Shown piece by piece: positions 18,974 to 28,282 of a stretch of 64,000 bases of DNA. The notes beneath the pieces were generated by a model. That model worked only from the letters and a program-made list of their open reading frames with translations. It ran no database searches and had not been told where the DNA came from. Source of the DNA: Candidatus Shapirobacteria bacterium. Its GTDB lineage: Bacteria; Patescibacteriota; Microgenomatia; UBA12405. Numbering within the stretch: position 1 is the first letter of the stretch; every line of letters begins with the position of its first letter. The stretch is taken from positions 69,541 through 133,540 of the forward strand of contig JAQWFB010000001.1 of NCBI GenBank assembly GCA_028704635.1, read 5' to 3'. The position numbers and the translations under genes were made by a program.

Positions 18974-20716
18974 TTAGCTATAAATCTCTCTAGGATCAGT
19001 AGTCAGTAATGGATGTTCTTTTTCTGAAGCCACTACCTTTAGAGCTACATGATTTTGATCGGCAATTATTAAAGCCTCACCTCGATCACAAGTTAGTAAA
19101 AATTGTTGTTCATAGCCACTCAAGTGAAACTCCTCGGCTACTTTTTTAATAGTAGTGGTGTCTTGTTTCATTAAAACTCGAAGTGATGACTGAGAGGCGA
19201 TGGCTCGACCATATTCAGAACTTAAGAAATCATTGGCCTGTTGAGAAATTATAGTTACTCCTAAATAATATTTTCTGGCCCGTCTGACTAATCCGGAAAT
19301 AAATCTAGCACTCTCTTCTTGTTGTAATAAAATCCAACCCTCATCAATCACTAAGATTCTTTTTTGTGGCTGAGATTTTACTTGGGAATTAACAAAATTC
19401 GCAATGGTTAACATCATAATCGGTCTCAGGGTTTCACTCAAATCTTTAATATCAAAAACCACTAGTCGATTATCCAATTTAATATTAGTTTGTGAATCAA
19501 AAACAGATGACAATGAACCCTTAACAAATCTTTCCAGTCGATTGCATAAATCTTTTTGTTTTAGTTTTTTTAGGGTTTTATAAAAATCCTTTAATAAAGG
19601 AAATTCTTGTTTCTTTTTGGCTTTATTTTTTCCGTTTAAAGTATAGCCAAATTCTTTATAAGTTAGAATAATCGCCTTATCCAAAACCGCTTTTTCTTCT
19701 GAGTTCAAACCACCGGCCATCAGAGAAATTATTTCAGTTAAATTTTGAATATGTTCGGATAAACTATTTTCACCGGTGACAGTTGTAGTTGAAAAATCAA
19801 AAGGATTAATCTTTTCTTTTGATTTAGCTGAGAGGTGAATATAGGTACCATCAACTGACGCTGCCAATTGTTTATATTCTCTTTCCGGATCCACCACGAT
19901 TACTTTGGTTCCCTGCATTAATTGTCTTAATATTTCGACTTTGGCGGTATAACTTTTACCCGATCCCGACTGGGCGAAAATAATTGAGTTGGCGTTGGTC
20001 AAAGAAAACCGGTCGATTATTACCAGCGAACTGTTGGATTTATTAATTCCGTAAAGAATCCCTGATTCCTGAACCAATTCCGAAGAAATGAAAGGGAAAG
20101 TCAACGCCGCCGATGAACTGTCCAAATTCCTTTTTTGATTCAACAGGTTTTCGCCTCTAGGTAAAATGGATTGTAAACCCTCGATTTGCTGGAAGGTTGC
20201 CGTTTTTATATAAAACAACCTGGTCGACATTACCGTTTCCAACAGGGTGGTTAACTTCTCTAATTCAGACAGGTTTTTGGCACTGATTGCCATATAAATG
20301 GAAATCTGAAATAATTTTTCCTGTCCTCTTAAAATTTTATCTTTCAGTTCCACCGCCGATTCCAACGGATCGGTAATTTCGGAACTGACCACCTTGCCGT
20401 CCTTCAACATAGTTCTTTTGGTCGATTCCAACTCGGTAATTTTTCTGTTTAGTTTGGGTAAGGCCAGTAGGGGATCGACCTGTTCGATATGATAAGAAAT
20501 ATCGATATTATGATTAAAATTAATTAGCATCGACAACCAACCGGTGGAAGCCACATAAGGATACCCTGAAATGAATAGGGTTCTTAAATACCGGTCGCCG
20601 ATTTGAATATGATTGGCTTCTTCCTTCAAGCCGGAATAGGAAATCAAATCGACCTGATCCTGTTCTCCGAAAGAAAAATTGACTGTCTTTTTCGTCTTTC
20701 CTTTCTGATTAAACAT
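18974..20716 (-). CDS. virB4: VirB4/TraE-like conjugation ATPase
   Basis: AQSGSGKS Walker A, VDPEREY, INPFD, LVIDEGW, RRARKY motifs. Confidence 0.9.
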   Translation of the reverse strand: MFNQKGKTKKTVNFSFGEQDQVDLISYSGLKEEANHIQIGDRYLRTLFISGYPYVASTGWLSMLINFNHNIDISYHIEQVDPLLALPKLNRKITELESTKRTMLKDGKVVSSEITDPLESAVELKDKILRGQEKLFQISIYMAISAKNLSELEKLTTLLETVMSTRLFYIKTATFQQIEGLQSILPRGENLLNQKRNLDSSSAALTFPFISSELVQESGILYGINKSNSSLVIIDRFSLTNANSIIFAQSGSGKSYTAKVEILRQLMQGTKVIVVDPEREYKQLAASVDGTYIHLSAKSKEKINPFDFSTTTVTGENSLSEHIQNLTEIISLMAGGLNSEEKAVLDKAIILTYKEFGYTLNGKNKAKKKQEFPLLKDFYKTLKKLKQKDLCNRLERFVKGSLSSVFDSQTNIKLDNRLVVFDIKDLSETLRPIMMLTIANFVNSQVKSQPQKRILVIDEGWILLQQEESARFISGLVRRARKYYLGVTIISQQANDFLSSEYGRAIASQSSLRVLMKQDTTTIKKVAEEFHLSGYEQQFLLTCDRGEALIIADQNHVALKVVASEKEHPLLTTDPREIYS

Positions 20717-21329
20717 AATTGTTCTCCGTTAATTTTTTTAATGTTTCCGAACTTAAAGCTTGGGTTTTAATTTGGCCCGGATTATAGAAACTGTAAAATA
20801 AATCCAAAATTTCCAAACTGCCCAAAGGTCTGGCTTTCATTCCCATTTTGGCCAAAGCCCGGCTGATAATATCCGTCAACAACTTTAATTGTTCTTTAAT
20901 TAATTGCCAGTCCTTATTTTTCTCCATCTGGGCATAGGGGACAACGATATAAAATTTTCGCGATAATATTTTATTCCCCGCCACTAGGTTACTTATGAAA
21001 TCGCAATAATTATCAATCTGGTTTATATAAGCCTTTTCTTTTTCGGTTTTCTTGGATAAAGAAATTTCTTCTAAATAACGATCAATATCTACCTCTCTAA
21101 CCCTAATTAGTATCTGTAATTGACAGGGTAGGGAATTTAAAAAGTTTTGAAAACTATCGATTAAAACATCTTGTTCTTCTTCACTTTTTAATTCAAAATT
21201 AATTGAAGAAGATTCTAGTATTACTCTATATTCTTCATTTGGCAGTAATAAAACATTATCTTTAACTTCTTTGATTTGTATTTGAGCTCGACTACTTTTC
21301 TTATTTTTTACCTTGTTCAAAAGCCACAT
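20709..21329 (-). CDS. Conjugation-associated protein (TraC/VirB4 N-terminal-like)
   Basis: SINFELKSEEEQD...FLNSL...QI pattern; between PrgI-like gene and virB4. Confidence 0.65.
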   Translation of the reverse strand: MWLLNKVKNKKSSRAQIQIKEVKDNVLLLPNEEYRVILESSSINFELKSEEEQDVLIDSFQNFLNSLPCQLQILIRVREVDIDRYLEEISLSKKTEKEKAYINQIDNYCDFISNLVAGNKILSRKFYIVVPYAQMEKNKDWQLIKEQLKLLTDIISRALAKMGMKARPLGSLEILDLFYSFYNPGQIKTQALSSETLKKLTENNYV

Positions 21330-21813
21330 TTAAACCTCCTTTATCGCTTAACTTAAAACTTAAACTATTATTTTTGTCATTTATAAAATGTAAAAATTTA
21401 ATTGTTTCCGCTTCCATTAATGCCTGTTCTTTTTGGGAAATTATTTTAATTACATTTATCTCTTTTGCTTTTGTTTTCTTCTTTATAACTTCTATTTCCA
21501 CTTCTCTTAAATAATTATCATTTTTATTAAAAACAAAAATCTTTGGTCTTAATTTAAACTGACTCAAAATTAATAACCAATTAAACAGGACTCGACCTTT
21601 AACCCTTAAAGCCAAAATTAAACAGATAATTGCCAAAAATAATATTAAAATTAGTTTGTAACCCACCAGTTTTATGGTCGGCGGTATCAATGCAAAAATC
21701 ACCGCTGTTATAAACACCGGTACCATTAAAATTAAAATTTGAGTTAAATTCAAATTTCCCGCAATTTTATCCTCCACTGTGGTTATTTGGGCTGGAATTA
21801 TAGTTGTTCTCAT
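21301..21813 (-). CDS. PrgI family protein (VirB3-like)
   Basis: IPAQI..EDKIAGNLNLTQ N-terminus plus two TM helices. Confidence 0.75.
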   Translation of the reverse strand: MRTTIIPAQITTVEDKIAGNLNLTQILILMVPVFITAVIFALIPPTIKLVGYKLILILFLAIICLILALRVKGRVLFNWLLILSQFKLRPKIFVFNKNDNYLREVEIEVIKKKTKAKEINVIKIISQKEQALMEAETIKFLHFINDKNNSLSFKLSDKGGLNVAFEQGKK

Positions 21814-23123
21814 AAGTTAACTACCCTCCTTGGACTTTTAACTGTTTTAGCTACGGCTGTGGCTCTGGAAACAGAAGAAGAACCACTGGCAGTTATCACA
21901 TTCACAATCTGGCCACCTAGTTTTTTAAGTTTGCCGTTACCGGTCACGTAAAACATCATATTCGTCATAAAACTTGGTACTTTTAGTAAAGTTAAAAATA
22001 GACCAATGGCGATTGATATGGAAATTAAGGAATTATTTGTTGCCTCAGGCAAAGCTAAAAATGACGCCGCCAGTTGCACAATTACTACTTGAATAAAAAC
22101 CATAAAAACAGCAGTAAAGTATGATTTTGTCGCTACTTCAGCCAAGTCGGAAAATTTAGGGATCGTCCATAAAAGAAAAATAAAAGGGGATAGAACTGCC
22201 CCTAAGGATATAAAGATTAATCGGGTGATAAACATAAATAATAAAACAATCGCCACGATTAAAAAGATAATTAAAAATATTAAGGTAATTAAGGGTGTAT
22301 TCGTGTTTATAAATACACTCGGGTTAATAATATTGACTATCCAAGCATGGTTTAACCCACCAGTCGAATTAAGCACTGCACTCACCAAAGCGTTACAAGT
22401 AATAATTACATAATTGGCTAAAAACAAAGACACATTAGCTCCCAAAAAGAATAATCCTAATCGGGGTAATATTTGTTTTAATTCAATTTCTTCAAAACCA
22501 AAAGTTTCGGCACTCATCAAATGAAGCCCTAAAAAGGCTGTCACTAATATAAAAAGAGAATCAACAATTCCTAAACTAACTAACCAAAAATTAACAATAG
22601 TTTTGTTTGATAATAAATCTGGTGTAGTGGTTAGATAGCCTAAAATTCCATCCGTAATTGGTTTAGTGGCACTCTCCACAATATTTTGCATAAATGCCGA
22701 CACGGCATCAATTAACACTTGGGTCAATCCATCACTTGGTGCCACCGCATTAATCGGAGCAATATTAACTGTTTGAGTCGTCCCATCCGTTGTTATTCCT
22801 GACAAAGCATTGTTAAATAGGGAAATTATGACTCCGGCTCCTAACACTATTACCAAACCAATTATTGAATTCTTAATGGTTCTTTTGGCTGATATCAACG
22901 AATCCGGTTTCCCATTTGACGTCATATACTGATAACCGGCTTTAATCAAAAAAAATACCGCGGCTACAGAGGCGATGACGGTAATTATCTTTAATGTATC
23001 GTTGGTGTAATTACTTATGCCACTATCTATGGTTACGGCTAACACTTGTTTGGGAACTAAAACACTAATGCTCCAAAAGCTAATCATGAAAAATATGATT
23101 CTCTTTAAAAACATTTTTTCCAT
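21810..23123 (-). CDS. VirB6/TrbL-like polytopic membrane protein with N-terminal pilin-like domain
   Basis: N-terminal AGYQYMTSNGKPD..AKRTIKNSIIGL pilin repeat followed by multiple TM segments. Confidence 0.75.
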   Translation of the reverse strand: MEKMFLKRIIFFMISFWSISVLVPKQVLAVTIDSGISNYTNDTLKIITVIASVAAVFFLIKAGYQYMTSNGKPDSLISAKRTIKNSIIGLVIVLGAGVIISLFNNALSGITTDGTTQTVNIAPINAVAPSDGLTQVLIDAVSAFMQNIVESATKPITDGILGYLTTTPDLLSNKTIVNFWLVSLGIVDSLFILVTAFLGLHLMSAETFGFEEIELKQILPRLGLFFLGANVSLFLANYVIITCNALVSAVLNSTGGLNHAWIVNIINPSVFINTNTPLITLIFLIIFLIVAIVLLFMFITRLIFISLGAVLSPFIFLLWTIPKFSDLAEVATKSYFTAVFMVFIQVVIVQLAASFLALPEATNNSLISISIAIGLFLTLLKVPSFMTNMMFYVTGNGKLKKLGGQIVNVITASGSSSVSRATAVAKTVKSPRRVVNL

Positions 23124-23129
23124 TTTATG

Positions 23130-23474
23130 TTATTGAGTTGAACTTCCAAAAGCTCCAGTTGCTAATTGAGTTACTATGGTTGAAATCACAAAAGCTCCCA
23201 AAACAATTACTAATCCAATCGCTGAATAGACAATGGTTTTCTTAGCTTTGTCTAATTTTTCTGGATCACCTGAACTAGTAATATAGCCAATACCTCCCCA
23301 GACAAAAAATCCAGCTGATACTAAACCCGCCAATGTCACCAATACCTGAATCACACTTTGCATAAAGGTTTGGATTTTAGACACATCAGCTGATGCCGCC
23401 AATGCCGGAGTGGATAAGAGGAGAAAAGAAAGAAGGACAGAAGAAAACACTATGGTTTTTTTCATACGAGTCAC
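23130..23474 (-). CDS. VirB2/TrbC-like pilin
   Basis: Signal peptide (ALA), two hydrophobic helices linked by GGIGYITSSGDPEKLDKAKKTI. Confidence 0.8.
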   Translation of the reverse strand: MTRMKKTIVFSSVLLSFLLLSTPALAASADVSKIQTFMQSVIQVLVTLAGLVSAGFFVWGGIGYITSSGDPEKLDKAKKTIVYSAIGLVIVLGAFVISTIVTQLATGAFGSSTQ

Positions 23475-23707
23475 CTTATTAAATTTATAAAAGTGGCAGG
23501 TATAAAAAATGTTCTTAGCTTTAAAAGATACAGTTATTTACACTATTTTATAGTTTGATTATTATATATCAAAATTATTTATTCAAGTCAAATACTTATT
23601 ACCTAACCTTTGGAAATTTATAGATAATGTTTATCTTTCACTCTTTGGATCAGTACTTCACCTCAAATTTTATTGTTTCCAAGGCAAAAGAGTTATAATA
23701 AACACAT

Positions 23708-24700
23708 CTGATAAAAAATAAAACTGTATTAATTAGCTTAGGAATATTTTTAGTCATTATTATCGGTTTTTTAACTGCCTTCTTTTTATTATTTAGCTCT
23801 CCTCAGCCAAAATCTCAAAAACAAGAAGTTTTTACTATTGCCTTAAAATCTACCGAGCCAGCCATTGTCGATAAATTAAAGACTCAAGGATTTATTCGCA
23901 ATACCTGGGCATTTAATCTGGCATTAACTATTAAAGGCAAACACAACAAAATCGAATCAGGAGGCTACTTTTTATCAAAGAATTTAAACATTTGGCAAGT
24001 TGTCGATAAACTTACTAAATCGCCCGATATGAAATGGGTGGTTATTCCCGAAGGTTTAAGAAAAGAAGAAATTGGCGAGATTTTAGCCAAGACTTTTAAT
24101 TGGAGTAGTGAAGAACTAAATAAATGGGGTAATACTTATACCGCCATGAAATTTGATTATATTGAAGGAGTTTACTTTCCTGATACCTACCTTATTCCAG
24201 TTACAGAAAATGGGTTAGATGTCTCCAAACGTATGATTAGACATTTTGATGAAAAATTCGCACCATATATTTCCCAATTTGCCAAACAAAACATTGTTTG
24301 GACGACCGGTTTAAGATTGGCTTCCATTGTCCAGCGAGAAGCAGCCGGAAAAGACGATATGCCCCTTATCGCCGGAATTCTCTGGAACAGATTATTAAAA
24401 AAAATGAATTTAGAAATAGATGCTACCGTCCAATATGCCCGAGGTAAAACCGACAAAGGTTGGTGGGCACCGATTAAAGCCAGTGATATTACTGATATTG
24501 ATTCACCCTACAATACTTATAAATATAAAGGACTGCCACCACATCCGATTAGTAATCCGGGGATTAGTGCTATTGAAGCCGTTTTAAATCCAACTGAAAC
24601 CGATTGTTTATATTACTTGCATGACAATAATCGACAAATACATTGTGCCGTAACCTACGAAGAACACAAAACCAACATTGAAAAATATTTAAAGAATTGA
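23708..24700 (+). CDS. mltG: Endolytic transglycosylase MltG (ORF open upstream of 24029 to a CTG at 23708)
   Basis: IPEG, EGVYFPDTY, ASIVQREA, SPYNTY..GLPPHPISNPG; in-frame upstream extension encodes N-terminal TM. Confidence 0.85.
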   Translation: MIKNKTVLISLGIFLVIIIGFLTAFFLLFSSPQPKSQKQEVFTIALKSTEPAIVDKLKTQGFIRNTWAFNLALTIKGKHNKIESGGYFLSKNLNIWQVVDKLTKSPDMKWVVIPEGLRKEEIGEILAKTFNWSSEELNKWGNTYTAMKFDYIEGVYFPDTYLIPVTENGLDVSKRMIRHFDEKFAPYISQFAKQNIVWTTGLRLASIVQREAAGKDDMPLIAGILWNRLLKKMNLEIDATVQYARGKTDKGWWAPIKASDITDIDSPYNTYKYKGLPPHPISNPGISAIEAVLNPTETDCLYYLHDNNRQIHCAVTYEEHKTNIEKYLKN

Positions 24701-24702
24701 AA

Positions 24703-25248
24703 TTATTTAACACTTCCCAATATAGCTACTAATTTTTCCTCATAACCAGTTTCCGGTTTCACATCATTTTTAGTAAAAAACATTTGAAAAATAATTAGCT
24801 TATTGTTTTTATTAAAATAAACAAAATTACCCACCCGAGTAAAGTCAGTACCATTCAAGCTAACTACTTCTGGCTTTAAATCGGTATTTTCATTAAATTG
24901 ACCAAAAGAATATTTATCATCATAGCAAATATAAGAAAAAATTGATTTTTTAGTACCTTCATCAAACACTGCCTGGGCTAGGGGAACCTGAGGCAAAGGT
25001 AATTTTGTTGATGATTTAACCCAATCTTTAGGTATTTTAAAAGATATTGCACAAACTTTATCTTGATAAATACCAGTACCAGTACTACTATTCGCAACAA
25101 TATTATTTAAAGGCAAATTATTATTAGTAAACGATTTTTCTTTCTTTTTACCTAAAAATAAAATAATCACAATCGCAAGAATTAGCCCCAAAATAACACA
25201 ACCACCTATCACCATAAATCTCAAATCATCCTTGCTAATTTTGTCCAT
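24703..25248 (-). CDS. Membrane-anchored hypothetical protein (possibly PsbP-like fold)
   Basis: N-terminal TM, Y....SFKIPKDW motif. Confidence 0.55.
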   Translation of the reverse strand: MDKISKDDLRFMVIGGCVILGLILAIVIILFLGKKKEKSFTNNNLPLNNIVANSSTGTGIYQDKVCAISFKIPKDWVKSSTKLPLPQVPLAQAVFDEGTKKSIFSYICYDDKYSFGQFNENTDLKPEVVSLNGTDFTRVGNFVYFNKNNKLIIFQMFFTKNDVKPETGYEEKLVAILGSVK

Positions 25249-25317
25249 CTTTAACCTTATTATAATACTTATTTCAAATGTTTAGACCAAATATTCTAAA
25301 TTAGATTAAAATAATAT

Positions 25318-25557
25318 ATGATCGATAAATATTATTTCTTCCCCGAACGATTAAAAACTAAAATTAATAAGTTTGAATTTATGTATAAAAAAGACAATAT
25401 AATTGGGCTTCAAATAGCTGATCTTTGTGCTTATCCATTAGCTAAACATATTCTATTTCCAGAAGAACCTTATATTCCATTTGAAATAATCAAATCAAAA
25501 ATTTATTGCGGTAAAAATGGAAAACTTGACGGATATGGATTAAAATTATTTCCATAA
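25318..25557 (+). pseudogene. DUF3800-family C-terminal fragment
   Basis: KKDNIIGLQIADLCAYP...GYGLKLFP; only 79 aa, N-terminal catalytic part absent. Confidence 0.7.
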
Positions 25558-25612
25558 AAAGCAAAAAATCCCATTAAGGGACCTTTTACCGACTGGGGAC
25601 ACCCCAATCCTG
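25558..25612 (+). ncRNA. Candidate DUF3800-associated RNA motif
   Basis: AAAGCAAAAA-TCCC/GGGA hairpin-CCGAC-TGGGG/CCCCA hairpin-ATCC immediately after DUF3800 stop. Confidence 0.55.
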
Positions 25613-25826
25613 ACTAAATAATAATACAGATGTTGTATTAATACAACAAATATACCCTAAGTTTTGGCTATTTATGCTACTTGACAAAAAATTATGACTA
25701 AAACCTTACAGTTTTACACATAAAAACTATTTTTAATTTAAAATTAATACTTATTTTAGAAAAATATAATAATCCGATTGTAAATCAAATATTTTTATAT
25801 ACACTTATAATTGGTTTTAGGTTTTA

Positions 25827-25955
25827 AACGCTTTTCTACGGGGTGGGAATTGGAACAACGGTTCTAATGCCGGTGTCTAGACCCTCAATCTGAACAATAC
25901 GCCCGGCAACTCGAACAACAACATTGGTTTCCGTTGCGTGGCCCCTCTGCAGTAA
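25827..25955 (+). repeat. DGR template repeat (TR)
   Basis: 129 nt matching reverse complement of 28731-28859 with 12 mismatches, all at TR adenines; rich in AAC/AAT. Confidence 0.97.
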
Positions 25956-26109
25956 ATATTGTGGCCAGATCTTTGAATTTTGTATTCAAGGCCGTGCCAA
26001 AAATAATTACCAGCTTAAGACCAGGTGTTCTTTAAGAACCCGAAGATCAAATAATGGGGGAAAGGGGCAGGTACAGAAGATACTTGCTCCCTATCCTCCC
26101 CATTAAACC
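25956..26109 (+). ncRNA. DGR spacer region (structured 3' part of TR RNA)
   Basis: TTGAAT/ATTCAA stem and long imperfect hairpin TAATGGGG(26052)...CCCCATTA(26105) just before RT start. Confidence 0.6.
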
Positions 26110-27006
26110 ATGCCCATATATGATGAAATAATTAGTTACGAAAATCTCCTCAAGGCTTATTTTCAAACCAGAAAATGTCGTCGATCCAAACCAAATTTCC
26201 AAAAAATGGAAATGAATTATGAAAGCATTTTGTCAGATCTCCAATGGAAATTAAAAAATCAGCTTTATTATCCTAAATCCTACACTAAATTCCTGGTTTT
26301 TGAACCAAAAAAACGACAAGTCGCTGCACCCCATTGTCATGATCGAATTGTTCATCATGCCATTATCAATATCATTGAACCCTTAACCGAAAATTTTTTT
26401 ATTCATAATTCTTATGCTTGCCAAAAATCAAAAGGCGGATTTAAAGCGAGATCAGAAATAGCCGAAGTTTATCGGCAAATGTATAAACAAACTCCCATAT
26501 TTTACGCCCTAAAATGTGACATTAAGTCATATTTTGCCAGCATTAATCATCAAGTTTTATTAACCCTTCTTAAGAAATTTATCAGCTGTGAAAAAACCAT
26601 AAGGCTGCTTCAAAAAATAATTAATTCCTATTCCGAAACCCCAGGTACCGGTATTCCCATTGGCAACTTAACCAGTCAATTGTTTGCCAATCTGTATCTC
26701 CATCCCCTCGACATTTTTGTCACTCAAATGGTTGGTGAAAAAAATTATTTTCGCTATATGGATGACTTTTTGATTCTTTCTCCTGACAAAGAATATCTTC
26801 TCAATCTAAGAATTTTAATGAAGGGATTTTTAAAATACTATTTAAAATTAAATTATCACCCCAAGAAAAATAATATCTTTAGAGCTGATAAAGGCGTTGA
26901 ATTTGTCGGCTATCTTATCAAACCTGACTCAATTACTATGCGTAAAAAAACTATTAGAAAATTTAAAAAAGACATAAAAAGAGGATTAAATTACTTAAAA
27001 AATTAA
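26110..27006 (+). CDS. DGR reverse transcriptase (3' frameshift; see 26967-27158)
   Basis: DRIVHHA, KCDIKSYFASI, GIPIGNLTSQLFAN, RYMDD; directly downstream of TR. Confidence 0.93.
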   Translation: MPIYDEIISYENLLKAYFQTRKCRRSKPNFQKMEMNYESILSDLQWKLKNQLYYPKSYTKFLVFEPKKRQVAAPHCHDRIVHHAIINIIEPLTENFFIHNSYACQKSKGGFKARSEIAEVYRQMYKQTPIFYALKCDIKSYFASINHQVLLTLLKKFISCEKTIRLLQKIINSYSETPGTGIPIGNLTSQLFANLYLHPLDIFVTQMVGEKNYFRYMDDFLILSPDKEYLLNLRILMKGFLKYYLKLNYHPKKNNIFRADKGVEFVGYLIKPDSITMRKKTIRKFKKDIKRGLNYLKN

Positions 27007-27158
27007 TCATTGAGAATAAATTAGACGAGGCCGACATTTTAAAGAAAAAGTTACTAAGTTCTAAAAGTTCCCTACGTGGATTTTTAAAAGACACCAACTA
27101 TGAATCCAGAAATAATTTATTAAGAATTAATGGCATTATCATGCCGCCTGAACTCTAA
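26967..27158 (+). pseudogene. Frameshifted C-terminal continuation of the DGR RT (-1 frame)
   Basis: Open frame KRHKKRIKLLKK...SKSSLRGFLKDTN...IMPPEL* starting in A6 run at 26965-26970. Confidence 0.7.
27138..27154 (+). repeat. 17-bp direct repeat, left copy (ATCATGCCGCCTGAACT)
   Basis: Exact copy at 28266-28282. Confidence 0.9.
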
Positions 27159-27187
27159 TAAACCATCAATAGACAACATTTCAACCC

Positions 27188-27223
27188 TTGACAATCGTCT
27201 AATATTCGTCTATTATTAGTCTA
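27188..27223 (+). promoter_or_regulatory. Sigma70 promoter of Fic gene with TCGTCTA repeats
   Basis: TTGACA-17nt-TATTAT then 7 nt to ATG; TCGTCTA x2 and TAGTCTA overlap it. Confidence 0.65.
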
Positions 27224-28252
27224 ATGTTTAATCCAAAATATACTATCACCGATCAGTTATTAGCCAATATTACCAAAATTAATGCTTTGATTAGAGATCT
27301 TAATGATCGTCGTTTTCCTAAAGTAATTTTAGTGGAATTTGAAAAAAAGGCTAGAGAAATTTCTGCTCATGCTTCAACTAGTATCGAAGGCAATCCTTTA
27401 CCCTTGACTGATGTTAAAAGAATTCTAAAATTAAAACCAGCAAATATTCGAGACACTGAAAAAGAAGTTTTAAATTATAATCAAGCTCTTGAATCACTAA
27501 ATAAACTTTTAGAAACAGATGAATTAGAGATATCTTTAAAATTAATCTTAGATATTCATAAACAAATAACTGATGGTCTTTTACCTGCATTTGATTCAGG
27601 CAAACTTCGAACCAGACCAGTAGTGGTCAATGATCCAAGAACAAGAAAAGTTGTCTATTTACCTCCAGATGTAGAAAAAGTTAAAAGTCTCATTGATGAT
27701 TTGATCAATTATGTAAACGAATCAAAAAACAATATTGATCCTCTTATTCTTGCTGGTATTTTTCATAAACAAATGGTTATTATCCATCCATTTATGGATG
27801 GTAATGGTAGGACGACTCGATTGGCTACAAAAGTTTTATTAGCCAAAATGGGCTTAAACACCTTTAATTTATTTAGTTTTGAAAATTATTATAACCAAAA
27901 TGTTACCAAATATTTTCAAACAGTTGGAGAATATGGCGATTATTATGAATTAGTTGAATCCATTGATTTTACAAATTGGCTTGAATATTTTACTGGGGGA
28001 TTAATTGATGAATTGTTTAGAGTTCAAAAAATATTACCAGAAATTGGTAACACTCCAGAAACCAGATTAGAAACTTATCATCTTAAAATAATGGAATTTA
28101 TTAAGAAAAATGGCTTTATAAAAGATAATGATTATTCCAAGTTAACCGACAGAGCCAAAGCTACTCGTGCCTTGGATTTTCAAAAACTTCTCGATTTAGG
28201 ATTAATTCAACGTCAAGGAAAAGGTAAATCTACTTACTATCTTTTAAAATAA
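27224..28252 (+). CDS. Fic family AMP-transferase with C-terminal winged HTH
   Basis: HPFMDGNGRTTR Fic motif; STSIEGN (S/T)xxxE(G/N) inhibitory motif. Confidence 0.93.
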   Translation: MFNPKYTITDQLLANITKINALIRDLNDRRFPKVILVEFEKKAREISAHASTSIEGNPLPLTDVKRILKLKPANIRDTEKEVLNYNQALESLNKLLETDELEISLKLILDIHKQITDGLLPAFDSGKLRTRPVVVNDPRTRKVVYLPPDVEKVKSLIDDLINYVNESKNNIDPLILAGIFHKQMVIIHPFMDGNGRTTRLATKVLLAKMGLNTFNLFSFENYYNQNVTKYFQTVGEYGDYYELVESIDFTNWLEYFTGGLIDELFRVQKILPEIGNTPETRLETYHLKIMEFIKKNGFIKDNDYSKLTDRAKATRALDFQKLLDLGLIQRQGKGKSTYYLLK

Positions 28253-28265
28253 ATTTTATAATTTC

Positions 28266-28282
28266 ATCATGCCGCCTGAACT
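28266..28282 (+). repeat. 17-bp direct repeat, right copy
   Basis: Exact copy at 27138-27154; overlaps avd 3' end. Confidence 0.9.

Noticed and set aside
25878-25880. TAG recoding as explanation for the TR stop
   Set aside because: TAG and TGA both end genes in this window, consistent with code 11
25924-26106. 60-aa ORF between TR and RT
   Set aside because: Overlaps TR 3' end and structured spacer; TTG start, no protein features
26962-26971. Programmed -1 ribosomal frameshift at AAAAAAG
   Set aside because: Zero-frame codons are TTT AAA AAA GAC, not A_AAA_AAG, and no clear stimulator was seen
26110-27158. RT as group II intron or retron
   Set aside because: TR/VR pair with A-only mismatches, avd and the IGNLTSQ motif identify a DGR; no intron domain V or msr/msd seen
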